Positions 38,124 to 46,686 of a stretch of 64,000 nucleotides of DNA are shown here, in pieces; within the stretch, counting starts at the first letter, position 1, and each line of letters starts with the position of its first letter. Origin of the DNA: Verrucomicrobiia bacterium (GTDB lineage Bacteria > Verrucomicrobiota > Verrucomicrobiia > Palsa-1439); assembly GCA_049510215.1 (NCBI GenBank), contig JBEKZD010000002.1:30167-94166 (forward strand), in the 5' to 3' direction. Under the pieces are notes generated by a model. The model made no database searches. It was not told the DNA's origin and saw only the letters and a list, made by a program, of their open reading frames with translations. Position numbers and translations under genes: made by a program.

Positions 38124-40348
38124 AGTTTAAGCTCGCGCAACCGCAGCGCGTTGCTGACGACCGACACGGAACTGAAACTCATCGCCGCCGCCGCGATCAT
38201 CGGATTGAGCAACAGCCCAAACGCCGGATACAACACGCCTGCCGCAATCGGAACGCCGAGCGCGTTGTAAATGAACGCAAAGAAAAGATTCTGGCGGATG
38301 TTGCGCATCGTAGCGCGACTGAGCCGGCGCGCTTTTGCGATTCCCCGCAGGTCACCTTTCACGAGCGTGATGCCCGCGCTTTCCATCGCCACGTCCGTGC
38401 CGGTGCCCATCGCGATGCCGACGTGTGCCTGCGCGAGCGCGGGAGCGTCGTTAATGCCGTCGCCCGCCATGGCGACGATGCAACCTTGTTGTTGTAGCCG
38501 CTTGACGACCTCGACTTTGCGTTCCGGAAGCACTTCGGCTTCCACTTGATCAATCCCGAGTTTCCGCGCGACCGCTTCCGCCGTGGCGCGACTGTCACCG
38601 GTGACCATCACGATCCGTATGCCTTCCGCGTGCAACATACGAATCGCCTCGGGCGTGGATTCTTTGATCGGATCGGCGACACCAAGCAGTCCCGCTGGCT
38701 TGCCGTCCACGGCAATGAACACCACGGTCTGACCGTCACCGCGCAGGTTCTCCGCCTGCGCAATCAGGCTGCTGAAATCGATGCCGAGTTGTTGGTTGCC
38801 GACGGCTACCACATGGCCATCAACTGTGCCGATCACGCCTTTGCCGGTGAACGAGCGGAAATCTGAAGCGCCTGAGAGTTTCACCGCGCGCGCCTCAGCA
38901 CCCGCCACGATGGCGCCGGCAAGCGGATGCTCGCTGGCGCGCTCCAGACTTGCAGCCAGACGCAGCAGTTCGGTTTCGTTCTCGGCAACAATCGAAACCA
39001 GGCGCGGCTTGCCTTCGGTGAGCGTGCCGGTCTTGTCCACCACGAGCGTGTCCACTTTTTCCAGAATTTCCAGTGCCTCGGCGTTCTTGATGAGCACGCC
39101 GGCGGTCGCCCCGCGACCGGTGCCGACCATGATGGACATCGGCGTAGCCAGCCCCAGCGCGCAAGGGCAAGCGATGATCAGAACCGCGACGGCGCTCACA
39201 ATCGCATAAACCATCCTCGGTTCCGGGCCGAACAGCCCCCATGCGATGAACGTGATTACGGCCGCGACAACGACGGCGGGCACAAAGTACCCGGAAACGA
39301 CATCGGCAAGCCGCTGAATTGGCGCGCGGCTGCGCTGCGCTTCGCTGACCATGCGGACGATCTGCGCCAGCAATCCCGCCGCGGCGGGACGTTCGGCGCG
39401 CATCAAGAAACCGCCCGTGGCGTTGACCGTACCGCCGGTTACACGGTTGCCCGCCGTCTTTTCCACGGGAATCGGTTCACCCGTCACCATCGACTCATCC
39501 ACGGCGCTCGTTCCTTCGAGCACGACGCCGTCCACCGGCACCTTTTCACCGGGCCGCACACGAATGCGGTCACCCACTTCGACTTCCTGCAAAGGCACAT
39601 CGTCCTCCGACCCGTCGTCCCGCACGACGCGGGCCGTCTTCGGCGCAAGGCCGAGCAACGCCTTGATCGCGCTGGATGTCCGGCGGCGCGCCCGCAACTC
39701 CAGCACCTGTCCCATCAGCACCAAGGTCGTGATCGCCGCCGCGGCTTCGAAATAAACCGGGACCGCGCCGCCATGACCGCGAAACGACTCTGGAAATATG
39801 TCGGGCGCGAGCGCCGCCACGACGCTGTAACAGTATGCGACGCCGGTGCCGGTGGCGATCAGCGTGAACATATTGGGGCTGCGATGTACGATCGACGCCC
39901 AGCCGCGCTGGAAGAACGGCCAGCCACCCCACAACACCACGGGTGTCGCCAGCGCCAACTGCAGCCAGCTCAACCCGTGCATTTCTCCCATCGCGATCAC
40001 CAACAACGGTATTGTCAGACAGAGGCAGACCCAAAATCGCCGGGTCATGTCGCGCAGTTCGGGGCTTTCTTCTTCGGCGCTGACCGTCTCAGGCTCCAGA
40101 TCCATTCCGCACTTCGGGCACGAACCCGGTCCCTGCTGCCGCACTTCAGGATGCATCGGACAGGTGTAGACGCGACCGGGGTGTTGGAGCGGCGGAGTGC
40201 GGGAGTGCTGCTGCAGATATTTCTCAGGCGCGACCTTAAACTTCTCCAGACAGTGCGTGCTGCAGAAATAATACGTCACGCCGTCGTGCACGCACGACCC
40301 AGCCGCATTCTCCGGCCCGACATCCATGCCGCAAATCGGATCTTTCAT
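38120..40348 (-). CDS. copA: Copper-translocating P-type ATPase with N-terminal TRASH/YHS-type and YTCPMHP-type metal-binding motifs
   Basis: [10 protein letters not shown]...[17 protein letters not shown]...[23 protein letters not shown] and [10 protein letters not shown]. Confidence 0.9.
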   Translation of the reverse strand: MKDPICGMDVGPENAAGSCVHDGVTYYFCSTHCLEKFKVAPEKYLQQHSRTPPLQHPGRVYTCPMHPEVRQQGPGSCPKCGMDLEPETVSAEEESPELRDMTRRFWVCLCLTIPLLVIAMGEMHGLSWLQLALATPVVLWGGWPFFQRGWASIVHRSPNMFTLIATGTGVAYCYSVVAALAPDIFPESFRGHGGAVPVYFEAAAAITTLVLMGQVLELRARRRTSSAIKALLGLAPKTARVVRDDGSEDDVPLQEVEVGDRIRVRPGEKVPVDGVVLEGTSAVDESMVTGEPIPVEKTAGNRVTGGTVNATGGFLMRAERPAAAGLLAQIVRMVSEAQRSRAPIQRLADVVSGYFVPAVVVAAVITFIAWGLFGPEPRMVYAIVSAVAVLIIACPCALGLATPMSIMVGTGRGATAGVLIKNAEALEILEKVDTLVVDKTGTLTEGKPRLVSIVAENETELLRLAASLERASEHPLAGAIVAGAEARAVKLSGASDFRSFTGKGVIGTVDGHVVAVGNQQLGIDFSSLIAQAENLRGDGQTVVFIAVDGKPAGLLGVADPIKESTPEAIRMLHAEGIRIVMVTGDSRATAEAVARKLGIDQVEAEVLPERKVEVVKRLQQQGCIVAMAGDGINDAPALAQAHVGIAMGTGTDVAMESAGITLVKGDLRGIAKARRLSRATMRNIRQNLFFAFIYNALGVPIAAGVLYPAFGLLLNPMIAAAAMSFSSVSVVSNALRLRELKL

Positions 40349-40405
40349 GATCGCGCAGTGTCCGATGGCGACCGAGAACTGAGACCAGTCAGCGGCGCTC
40401 GATCA

Positions 40406-40951
40406 TCACTCTTTGGCAATGCCGATCGCGCCGCAGGCAACACGCGCGCCTGCATTGCCCGTGGGCTGCGATTTCAGGTCGTCAACCTTCTCGTGAACGA
40501 TCACGCTGCGACCGATGATCGAGTGGCGCCCCTCAAGCGCAAGACCCGCATCGACTCGATCATAGTGCGCCTTGCCGCTGGCGTCGGCGGTGATATTGCC
40601 GAGATCGCCTGTGTGACGGTTCTCCGCGTCGGGGCCCGCGTGCTGGTGGCCATCTGGATTGAAGTGACCGCCCGCCGACATCGCGTCGGGCGCGCTGCAA
40701 TCGCCGATGGCGTGAACGTGGAACCCGTGTTCTCCGGGCGTCAGCCCCTCGACATCGGCGACGACGCGGATGCCATTGTCGACTTTTGTGAAGGTAACGG
40801 TGCCGCTAACGCTGCTGCCCTTCGTCGGGTACAGCACCGCGACGGCTTTTGTAACCGCGCCGTCGTCGGCCTGCGCGTTGGCCGCGAGCGCCAGCGCCAA
40901 CGCTGCTATCAATGCGCACATCGCTGCGAAACGTCTGTTCTTCATGGCCAC
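40406..40951 (-). CDS. sodC: Periplasmic Cu,Zn superoxide dismutase
   Basis: HGFHVHAIGDCS, GGHFNP, HTGDLGNITAD and GNAGARVACGAIG. Confidence 0.9.
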   Translation of the reverse strand: MAMKNRRFAAMCALIAALALALAANAQADDGAVTKAVAVLYPTKGSSVSGTVTFTKVDNGIRVVADVEGLTPGEHGFHVHAIGDCSAPDAMSAGGHFNPDGHQHAGPDAENRHTGDLGNITADASGKAHYDRVDAGLALEGRHSIIGRSVIVHEKVDDLKSQPTGNAGARVACGAIGIAKE

Positions 40952-41024
40952 TCCTCCAAGTTCTGATTCCCCAATCGTGTGAAAGATTCCACAGTGGGCA
41001 GCTTAGCATGGCGCCGGACAAGTC

Positions 41025-42164
41025 TCAAACAGAAACGGCCGCCCGCTTCCGGGCGATCTTGGCGATAGCTTCCTCCAGCACCAGACGCGCGTCGAGTTGC
41101 GTGGAAACCAGTTGGCGGTTGGCTTCCAAAAGCAAATCCATCGCGCCAACCAATTCCTCAATGGAAAAATTCCGCGCCGCCAGCGCGCACCGATACAATC
41201 GCCACGGGCTGGGCAGACCACCCTCCTTCGTCTTCGGAAAATGTGCGATCTGACTTTCGGGCAACCGCTCGAACGCCTTGACGAATTGAAACCCCGCGCC
41301 CGAGCCGTCGCTGACGCCGATCGCCTTGCGCGCCATCAAATCCTTCATCAACAGCATCAGCCGAAACTGCCCCACCAGCATCATCAACACGCCAATCGGC
41401 TGCTCGCCCGTCGCCAGCAGGTTCTCCAGCGCGGCGACGGCCTTGACCACTTGCCGCGCGCCGAGCCCATCGGTCAATTCCCAGATGACGGCCTGACGCG
41501 ATGCGGAACAAATCGCCCGCACATCCGCCTCCGTGATCTCGGCGCGCTTCCCCACGTACAGACAAAGTTTCTCCAACTCGTTCGCCATCTCGCGCAGATC
41601 GGCCGCCACCAGCCCGCGAAACGCCTCAAACGCGCCCCCCGTCATCGTCTTCCGCTCCCCGCGCAGCCGCCCCTGGATAAACGCCGAGATCTCCTCGTCG
41701 CCGTGTCCCCGTCCCTCCTCCAGCGCTTCGAAAAACTGCGCCTCCCCGAATTTCTCGACCGTTCTGCAAATCGTCTTGCGGCGGTCGCAGCCGACCGCGC
41801 TGATCAGCAACCGCACGCCGTCTGGCAGACCGCGTTTGAGTTGATCAGCAAGATCAGCCAGAGCCTCTTTGACCGCCTCGGCCCGTGTCGTCGGATTATC
41901 CGCCAGCAACCCCGTGCTCTTCAACCACACCAGCTTTTCCCCGCCAAAAAAACCGACCGTCTGCAGCGCCTCCTTCACCCGACCGAGAACCTTCAGCGCC
42001 CCGTCCTGATTCTGCGCGTCGCCCTCGATGACCTCGACGCCGAACTCGCCGGCGTCTTTCGGCGCCAGCTCCTCGGCGAGCCTGGCTGCGGCCTCCTTGA
42101 TCGAAAACTCGTCGTCGCCGCCGATGAGGTAAACTGCTCTGGCTTGAGTCTTGGTCGCGGGCAT
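41025..42164 (-). CDS. holA: DNA polymerase III delta subunit
   Basis: AVYLIGGDDEFSIKEAAARL, with size and helical C-terminal half typical of HolA. Confidence 0.75.
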   Translation of the reverse strand: MPATKTQARAVYLIGGDDEFSIKEAAARLAEELAPKDAGEFGVEVIEGDAQNQDGALKVLGRVKEALQTVGFFGGEKLVWLKSTGLLADNPTTRAEAVKEALADLADQLKRGLPDGVRLLISAVGCDRRKTICRTVEKFGEAQFFEALEEGRGHGDEEISAFIQGRLRGERKTMTGGAFEAFRGLVAADLREMANELEKLCLYVGKRAEITEADVRAICSASRQAVIWELTDGLGARQVVKAVAALENLLATGEQPIGVLMMLVGQFRLMLLMKDLMARKAIGVSDGSGAGFQFVKAFERLPESQIAHFPKTKEGGLPSPWRLYRCALAARNFSIEELVGAMDLLLEANRQLVSTQLDARLVLEEAIAKIARKRAAVSV

Positions 42165-42216
42165 CGCCGTTCTTGTAGTGCGGCGCGCGCGACGGTGTCA
42201 AGGCTCCTCATCGAAA

Positions 42217-42316
42217 GGTAGTGTCCTGATTTGCAGTTTGGAGGGACGCGCTCCGTCGCGTCCGTTCGCGAAATGCGGCCACGACAGAGCGTGGCCCTCC
42301 AGATTAGGACACTACC
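42217..42316. mobile_element. 100-bp MITE-like element with terminal inverted repeats, flanked by 8-bp direct repeats
   Basis: GGTAGTGTCCTGATTTGCAGTTTGGAGGG...CCCTCCAGATTAGGACACTACC. CATCGAAA sits on both sides, at 42209-42216 and 42317-42324. Confidence 0.6.
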
Positions 42317-42453
42317 CATCGAAAAGCTCAAGAAGACAAAGTCCAACGCCGAGTTCCTGCTCTCGATGAAGTTTTAACCGGGCGTTCTGAGACCGCGGGA
42401 GCCCCGAAAACATTCGGGGCGACCGGCGATTCCGATGATTTCCGCCGCCTCGA

Positions 42454-42535
42454 TGTAGCGGCGCTCCGAAAGCTTTCGGAGCGCCGAATTTCCTCGGAAA
42501 ATCAACGGCCCGCGCTTCATAGAAGCGCAGCTACA
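42454..42535. repeat. REP/MITE-like element, TGTAGCGGCGC family (intergenic copy)
   Basis: TGTAGCGGCGCTCCGAAAGCTTTCGGAGCGCCGAA...CGCGCTTCATAGAAGCGCAGCTACA. Confidence 0.65.
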
Positions 42536-42590
42536 ACAACAAGAATTATTAGGGCAACTTCAATCCCTTGCATTTCTCCGCCCGTTTGCC

Positions 42591-43688
42591 ATGATGCTCG
42601 GCGTGAAAAACGCACGGGCAATCGCCGCGTTCATCGCTGCTGCATTGGCACTGAACGCCGCCGTGGTTTGGGGCGAGGCGACGAACTCCGACACAAGCGT
42701 CGGAACCGGCGGCAGTATCTCCAAGAGCCGCGTGGTGTTGGTGCGCGATCCGAGCGCCGTGAGCGGGTTCACTGCGAACGTTGCCAAAGTCCGCGCAATG
42801 GTGACGGCGGGAATGAAGACGCTGACCGGCCAAGCCGACGATGCCGCCGCATGGCGAATGTTTGCCTCCAGCAACGATGTCGTCGGTATCAAAATCAACA
42901 CGCAGGGCGCATCGTTGCAGGCGACGCGGCCCGCCGTCGTGGACGCCATCGTGGACGGCCTGCGCAGCGCGGGTGTCGCGCCCACCAACATCGTGGTCTG
43001 GGATCGCGACGCGACGAAAATGCGGGCCGCAGGTTATGGCCCCGGCGTGCAGGACTCCGGCGTCCGCGTCGTCTCGGTGATCCCCGACACCGGCTTGCCC
43101 CGCTCTGAGCGGGGCTGGGACCCGGAAACCTTTTACGAAAGCAAGCTGGTCGGGAAACTGATCTGGGGTGATCTGTTGTTCGGCAAGGAAGACACGGCGT
43201 TGAGCACACGTTCGCATTTGCCGAAGCTGCTCACGCAGACGGTCACCAAGCTCATCAACGTGCCTGTGTTGCAGGACAACGACGCTTGCGGGCTGGCCGG
43301 TTGCCTCTACAACATCACGGTCAACGCGGTGGACAACAATCGGCGCTTCGAGATGTTCGGTCAGAAAGGTGATCCATCGATTCCGGCCATTTGCGCCATG
43401 CCCGTAATCCGCCGCAAACTGGTGCTCAACATTTGCGATGCGCTTATTGGCGGATACGCCGGCGGGCCGAATTTCAAACCGCAATACTCATGGCCGTACG
43501 GCGGGCTATACTTCAGCCGCGATCCCGTTGCCATCGATGCGACCTGCCTGAAACTTCTCGAAACCAAACGTAGCGAAGCAAAGGTCACGGCCATCGGCCC
43601 GCTCGCCAGTCACATCGCCACCGCCGGCGAGGTCGGTTTGGGACAAGCCAAACCCGACCGCATCGACCTGATCGAAACCGCGCCGTGA
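42591..43688 (+). CDS. DUF362 domain protein with signal peptide
   Basis: VVLVRD, VVGIKINTQG and RDPVAIDATCLKLL, laid out as I remember for DUF362. Confidence 0.65.
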   Translation: MMLGVKNARAIAAFIAAALALNAAVVWGEATNSDTSVGTGGSISKSRVVLVRDPSAVSGFTANVAKVRAMVTAGMKTLTGQADDAAAWRMFASSNDVVGIKINTQGASLQATRPAVVDAIVDGLRSAGVAPTNIVVWDRDATKMRAAGYGPGVQDSGVRVVSVIPDTGLPRSERGWDPETFYESKLVGKLIWGDLLFGKEDTALSTRSHLPKLLTQTVTKLINVPVLQDNDACGLAGCLYNITVNAVDNNRRFEMFGQKGDPSIPAICAMPVIRRKLVLNICDALIGGYAGGPNFKPQYSWPYGGLYFSRDPVAIDATCLKLLETKRSEAKVTAIGPLASHIATAGEVGLGQAKPDRIDLIETAP

Positions 43689-43726
43689 CCAACCGCACAA
43701 TCTGGTGAAACTGGGAGGATGACGAC

Positions 43727-44206
43727 ATGACACCAGAGCAACCGCCTCAGCCGGGACAACCCACACCCGCCATGTTTCGACAACGTCTGACGATGGTGGC
43801 TATCGCATTCATCGTGGCGCAGGTGATGTACCTCCTACTGGCTGCGGCCATGTTGCAGGGCCACTTCAAAGCCACCGCAAGCGGGCAATCGAGAGGGCCG
43901 TTCACCGCCGTTGTTTTCCTCGTCGGCATCCTTGCCGCAGTCGTTTCGTTTCTGGTCGTCAGGGCGATGGCGAGTCGGCAGCCAACCGATGGGGATTTTG
44001 CCACTGTCGCTCCGGCAATTCAGAAACAGTTCTTCGTCGGATTCGCACTTTCAGAGGTGGCCTCGCTGGCCGGTCTGCTGATCTTCTTTCTCTATGCCGA
44101 CCTGGAGACCCTGTTCACTCTCGTCTGCGCGGCGTCCGTGTCCATCGCCGCCCACTTCCTGCGCGTGAAGAAAATCCTAGAAGACATCGAACGAACGCAA
44201 CGCTAA
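43727..44206 (+). CDS. Hypothetical membrane protein (4 TM)
   Basis: 159-aa ORF with four hydrophobic helices. No family recognised. Confidence 0.5.
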   Translation: MTPEQPPQPGQPTPAMFRQRLTMVAIAFIVAQVMYLLLAAAMLQGHFKATASGQSRGPFTAVVFLVGILAAVVSFLVVRAMASRQPTDGDFATVAPAIQKQFFVGFALSEVASLAGLLIFFLYADLETLFTLVCAASVSIAAHFLRVKKILEDIERTQR

Positions 44207-44317
44207 TCTGCGGGCCTTCTCAGAAACGGAATGTGCAACGTTATCCATGAGTTCGCTTCCTTTTATAAAATGGGGCGAGTAGCACAAGCTCGGAATGAGC
44301 ACAAGACGCGGCGCGTG

Positions 44318-44827
44318 TCACACCACGCGCGCATACACGAGCAGGAACAGCAGGGCGAAGCCGCAGAGCAGGACGGCGAGGTTGAGTTGGACGCTCAACC
44401 GATGCAGCGATTTCCACTCGTCTTCGAGCGCCGGATCGGGTTGTTTGCCCGACTCCACGATGGCGGCGCGACGCTCGCGTAGATCGTTCATGTGCGGGAC
44501 GACCGTTTGCCGCAACCACAAATCCGTCGCGCCCACACCCGCCAGCAGCAATAGACTGAATACGCCCGGCCATTTGCCGAATGCGGCGTCAGCCAGCAGA
44601 AGCCCGACGCAGACGATTCCCAGCGTGGCGCATATCATGCCGACGAGGTAATACTTCGGAAACAACGCGCGCTGCAATCTTGCAGCATCCTCCTGCTTTA
44701 GGACTTTGAACACGGTCGGCGCGACGACAAAACTGAAGAAGATGATGCTGCCAATCCACACCGCCAGCGTCAGCAGGTAAAACCACTTCGTCATCTGCGT
44801 CATGCCCGCGCAGACTAACAGCGCCAA
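44318..44827 (-). CDS. DUF4149 (TMEM205-like) membrane protein
   Basis: MTKWFYLLTLAVWIGSIIFFSFVVAPTVFKVL. The true start is probably an internal Met near 44803. Confidence 0.6.
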   Translation of the reverse strand: MALLVCAGMTQMTKWFYLLTLAVWIGSIIFFSFVVAPTVFKVLKQEDAARLQRALFPKYYLVGMICATLGIVCVGLLLADAAFGKWPGVFSLLLLAGVGATDLWLRQTVVPHMNDLRERRAAIVESGKQPDPALEDEWKSLHRLSVQLNLAVLLCGFALLFLLVYARVV

Positions 44828-44859
44828 CGGGAAGCGGAAAGCGGAAAATAACGCGCTAT

Positions 44860-44989
44860 GGAGTGCGGTGGCTCGACGCCGCCTTCCACCGCCGAGGCTC
44901 GACTCGGCGAGGGTCGTGCTGGGCGTCGGGCCGCCTCACGGCAAGGCTGCGTCAATCCCGCTCTGAGCGGGATCAAGCCGCAGCACTCC
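44860..44989. repeat. 130-bp palindromic element with GGAGTGCGGTGGCT / AGCCGCAGCACTCC termini
   Basis: The termini are imperfect reverse complements. Internal hairpin CCCGCTCTGAGCGGG. Confidence 0.5.
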
Positions 44990-45072
44990 AAGGTGCCAAC
45001 CCCACCAAGGCATCCCGCACTCGGACGGCTTGCGGCAGATGTGATATACTGCGCCTGCTTGGAGAGAGAACA

Positions 45073-45432
45073 ATGAATGGGAAAACCTTGTGGCTCGTTG
45101 CTTTGATCGTTCTGGTGGTGTTCGTAGTGCGCGCCGCGACCCCGCCGGTGTCGGATACTGAGAAGACTGCGGCGAAGGAGAAAATCCGCAAGGGCGCACG
45201 GGTGGTGGACGTGCGAACGCCCACCGAATACGCCGCCGGTCATTACACCGGCGCCACGAACATTCCGTTGCAGGAACTCCAGAAACGGCTGAACGATGTC
45301 GGCCCAACGAACCAGCCGGTCGTCGTTTACTGCCGGTCCGGTGCCCGCAGCGCCAAGGCCAAACAGATCCTGCTCGATGCCGGGTTCAGCGACGTGACCA
45401 ACGCCGGCGGCCTTTCCGATTTGCAGAAGTGA
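45073..45432 (+). CDS. Rhodanese-domain sulfurtransferase with N-terminal membrane anchor
   Basis: VVDVRTPTEYAAGHYTGATNIP and active-site loop VVYCRSGARSAKA. Confidence 0.85.
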   Translation: MNGKTLWLVALIVLVVFVVRAATPPVSDTEKTAAKEKIRKGARVVDVRTPTEYAAGHYTGATNIPLQELQKRLNDVGPTNQPVVVYCRSGARSAKAKQILLDAGFSDVTNAGGLSDLQK

Positions 45433-46469
45433 GCAAGACCCCGACATTACGCTGCGGTATCCTCGGCACGGGCAAAGTCCTTGCCAAGCTCACGCAGGGA
45501 TTTCGTCTGGCCCGCGGGGCGACGCTCACCGCGATTGCCAGCCGTGACCTCCAACGCGCCCGCTCGCGAGCCGCTGAGTTTGGCATTCCCAAGGCACACG
45601 GCAGTTACGAAGCACTCGTTGAAGATCCTGAAGTGGATGTCGTCTTCAACGCGCTCCACAACGGTTTGCACTGCGAATGGACAGTCCGCGCGTTGCAGGC
45701 CGGCAAACATGTGCTTTGCGAAAAACCGCTCGCCTGTTCCAGCGCCGAAGTCGAATGGATGTTCGCTGCCGCCCACGCCAACCAGCGCCGGCTCATGGAA
45801 GGGTTCATGTACCGGTTCCAACCTCAGATCGCCGAATCCGCCCGGTGCATTGCCGGAGGAGACATCGGTCGTGTCGTCCATGTCCGCGCCAGCTACGCCG
45901 TCCGCGGACGCGAATCCAACAACCCCCGTTACCGGCGCGACGCGGGCGGCGGGGCGCTGTTGGATGTCGGCTGCTATTGCGTGAACGCGTCCCGGCTGTT
46001 TGCCGGCGACGAGCCAACAAGCGCGCTGGCGCAAGCGCACTTTGCCCCGCCGCAGCAGGGCGACGGTGTGGACCTGACCTTGACCGGCACGCTGGAGTTT
46101 GCGGACGGCCTGACGGCGCACATCTTGTGCAGCTTTGAATCAGAAAGCGTTTTCGGTGTCGAGATCATCGGCACCGAGGGCAAACTCGTCGTTCCCAACC
46201 CGTGGCTGCCGCCAACCAACTTCGGCGAATTCATTGTGACCCGCGGCGGCACGGCGAAGACGATCCGCATTGAGACGCCGCACCAGTTGGGGCATTTCAC
46301 GTCGGAGATCGATCATTTCAGCGATTGCGTCCGCGAGGATCGTCCGCCGCAGTTTCCGACCGACTGCGACGCCGAGCGGGACTCACGTGGCAACGCGCGC
46401 GTGCTCGACGCGCTGGCCGCCTCCGCCCGAAGCGGCCAACCCGTCGAGATCAAACCGTTTCCCACGTAG
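45429..46469 (+). CDS. Gfo/Idh/MocA family oxidoreductase
   Basis: LRCGILGTGKV, EKPLACSSAE. The GTG start overlaps the rhodanese stop. Confidence 0.85.
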   Translation: MSKTPTLRCGILGTGKVLAKLTQGFRLARGATLTAIASRDLQRARSRAAEFGIPKAHGSYEALVEDPEVDVVFNALHNGLHCEWTVRALQAGKHVLCEKPLACSSAEVEWMFAAAHANQRRLMEGFMYRFQPQIAESARCIAGGDIGRVVHVRASYAVRGRESNNPRYRRDAGGGALLDVGCYCVNASRLFAGDEPTSALAQAHFAPPQQGDGVDLTLTGTLEFADGLTAHILCSFESESVFGVEIIGTEGKLVVPNPWLPPTNFGEFIVTRGGTAKTIRIETPHQLGHFTSEIDHFSDCVREDRPPQFPTDCDAERDSRGNARVLDALAASARSGQPVEIKPFPT

Positions 46470-46569
46470 AAATCGTGAAGAAGGTTTTTGCACTCTTGTT
46501 ATTTTCTTGTGGCTGTGGTCTCTCGGAGGGGGCCTCTTGATACCACCACCACGAAACCATCAGTTTCGG

Positions 46570-46668
46570 TGTAGCGGCGCTTCTGTGAAGCGCCGAGTCG
46601 TTGGTTTCTTGGCGATTTCGGCGGCTCGTTCACCCCGAAAGCTTTCGGGGCAGGGAGCCGCCGCTACA
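46570..46668. repeat. REP/MITE-like element, TGTAGCGGCGC family (intergenic copy)
   Basis: TGTAGCGGCGCTTCTGTGAAGCGCCGA...CCCCGAAAGCTTTCGGGG...GCCGCCGCTACA. Confidence 0.65.
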
Positions 46669-46686
46669 AGGACGGCGGACGGTTTC

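Noticed and set aside
46270-46686. N-terminal 139-codon extension of the TPR-CPBP ORF given in the track; similarly 13002-13157 for the GT-like gene and 61181..62347 for cysK.
   Set aside because: The extensions are Arg-rich. The 46270 extension runs through the REP element at 46570-46668. Each extension is followed by an internal Met at the start of the mature-looking protein: signal peptides in the first two cases, and for cysK an internal ATG at 62137 with an RBS-like GGAGAT upstream.
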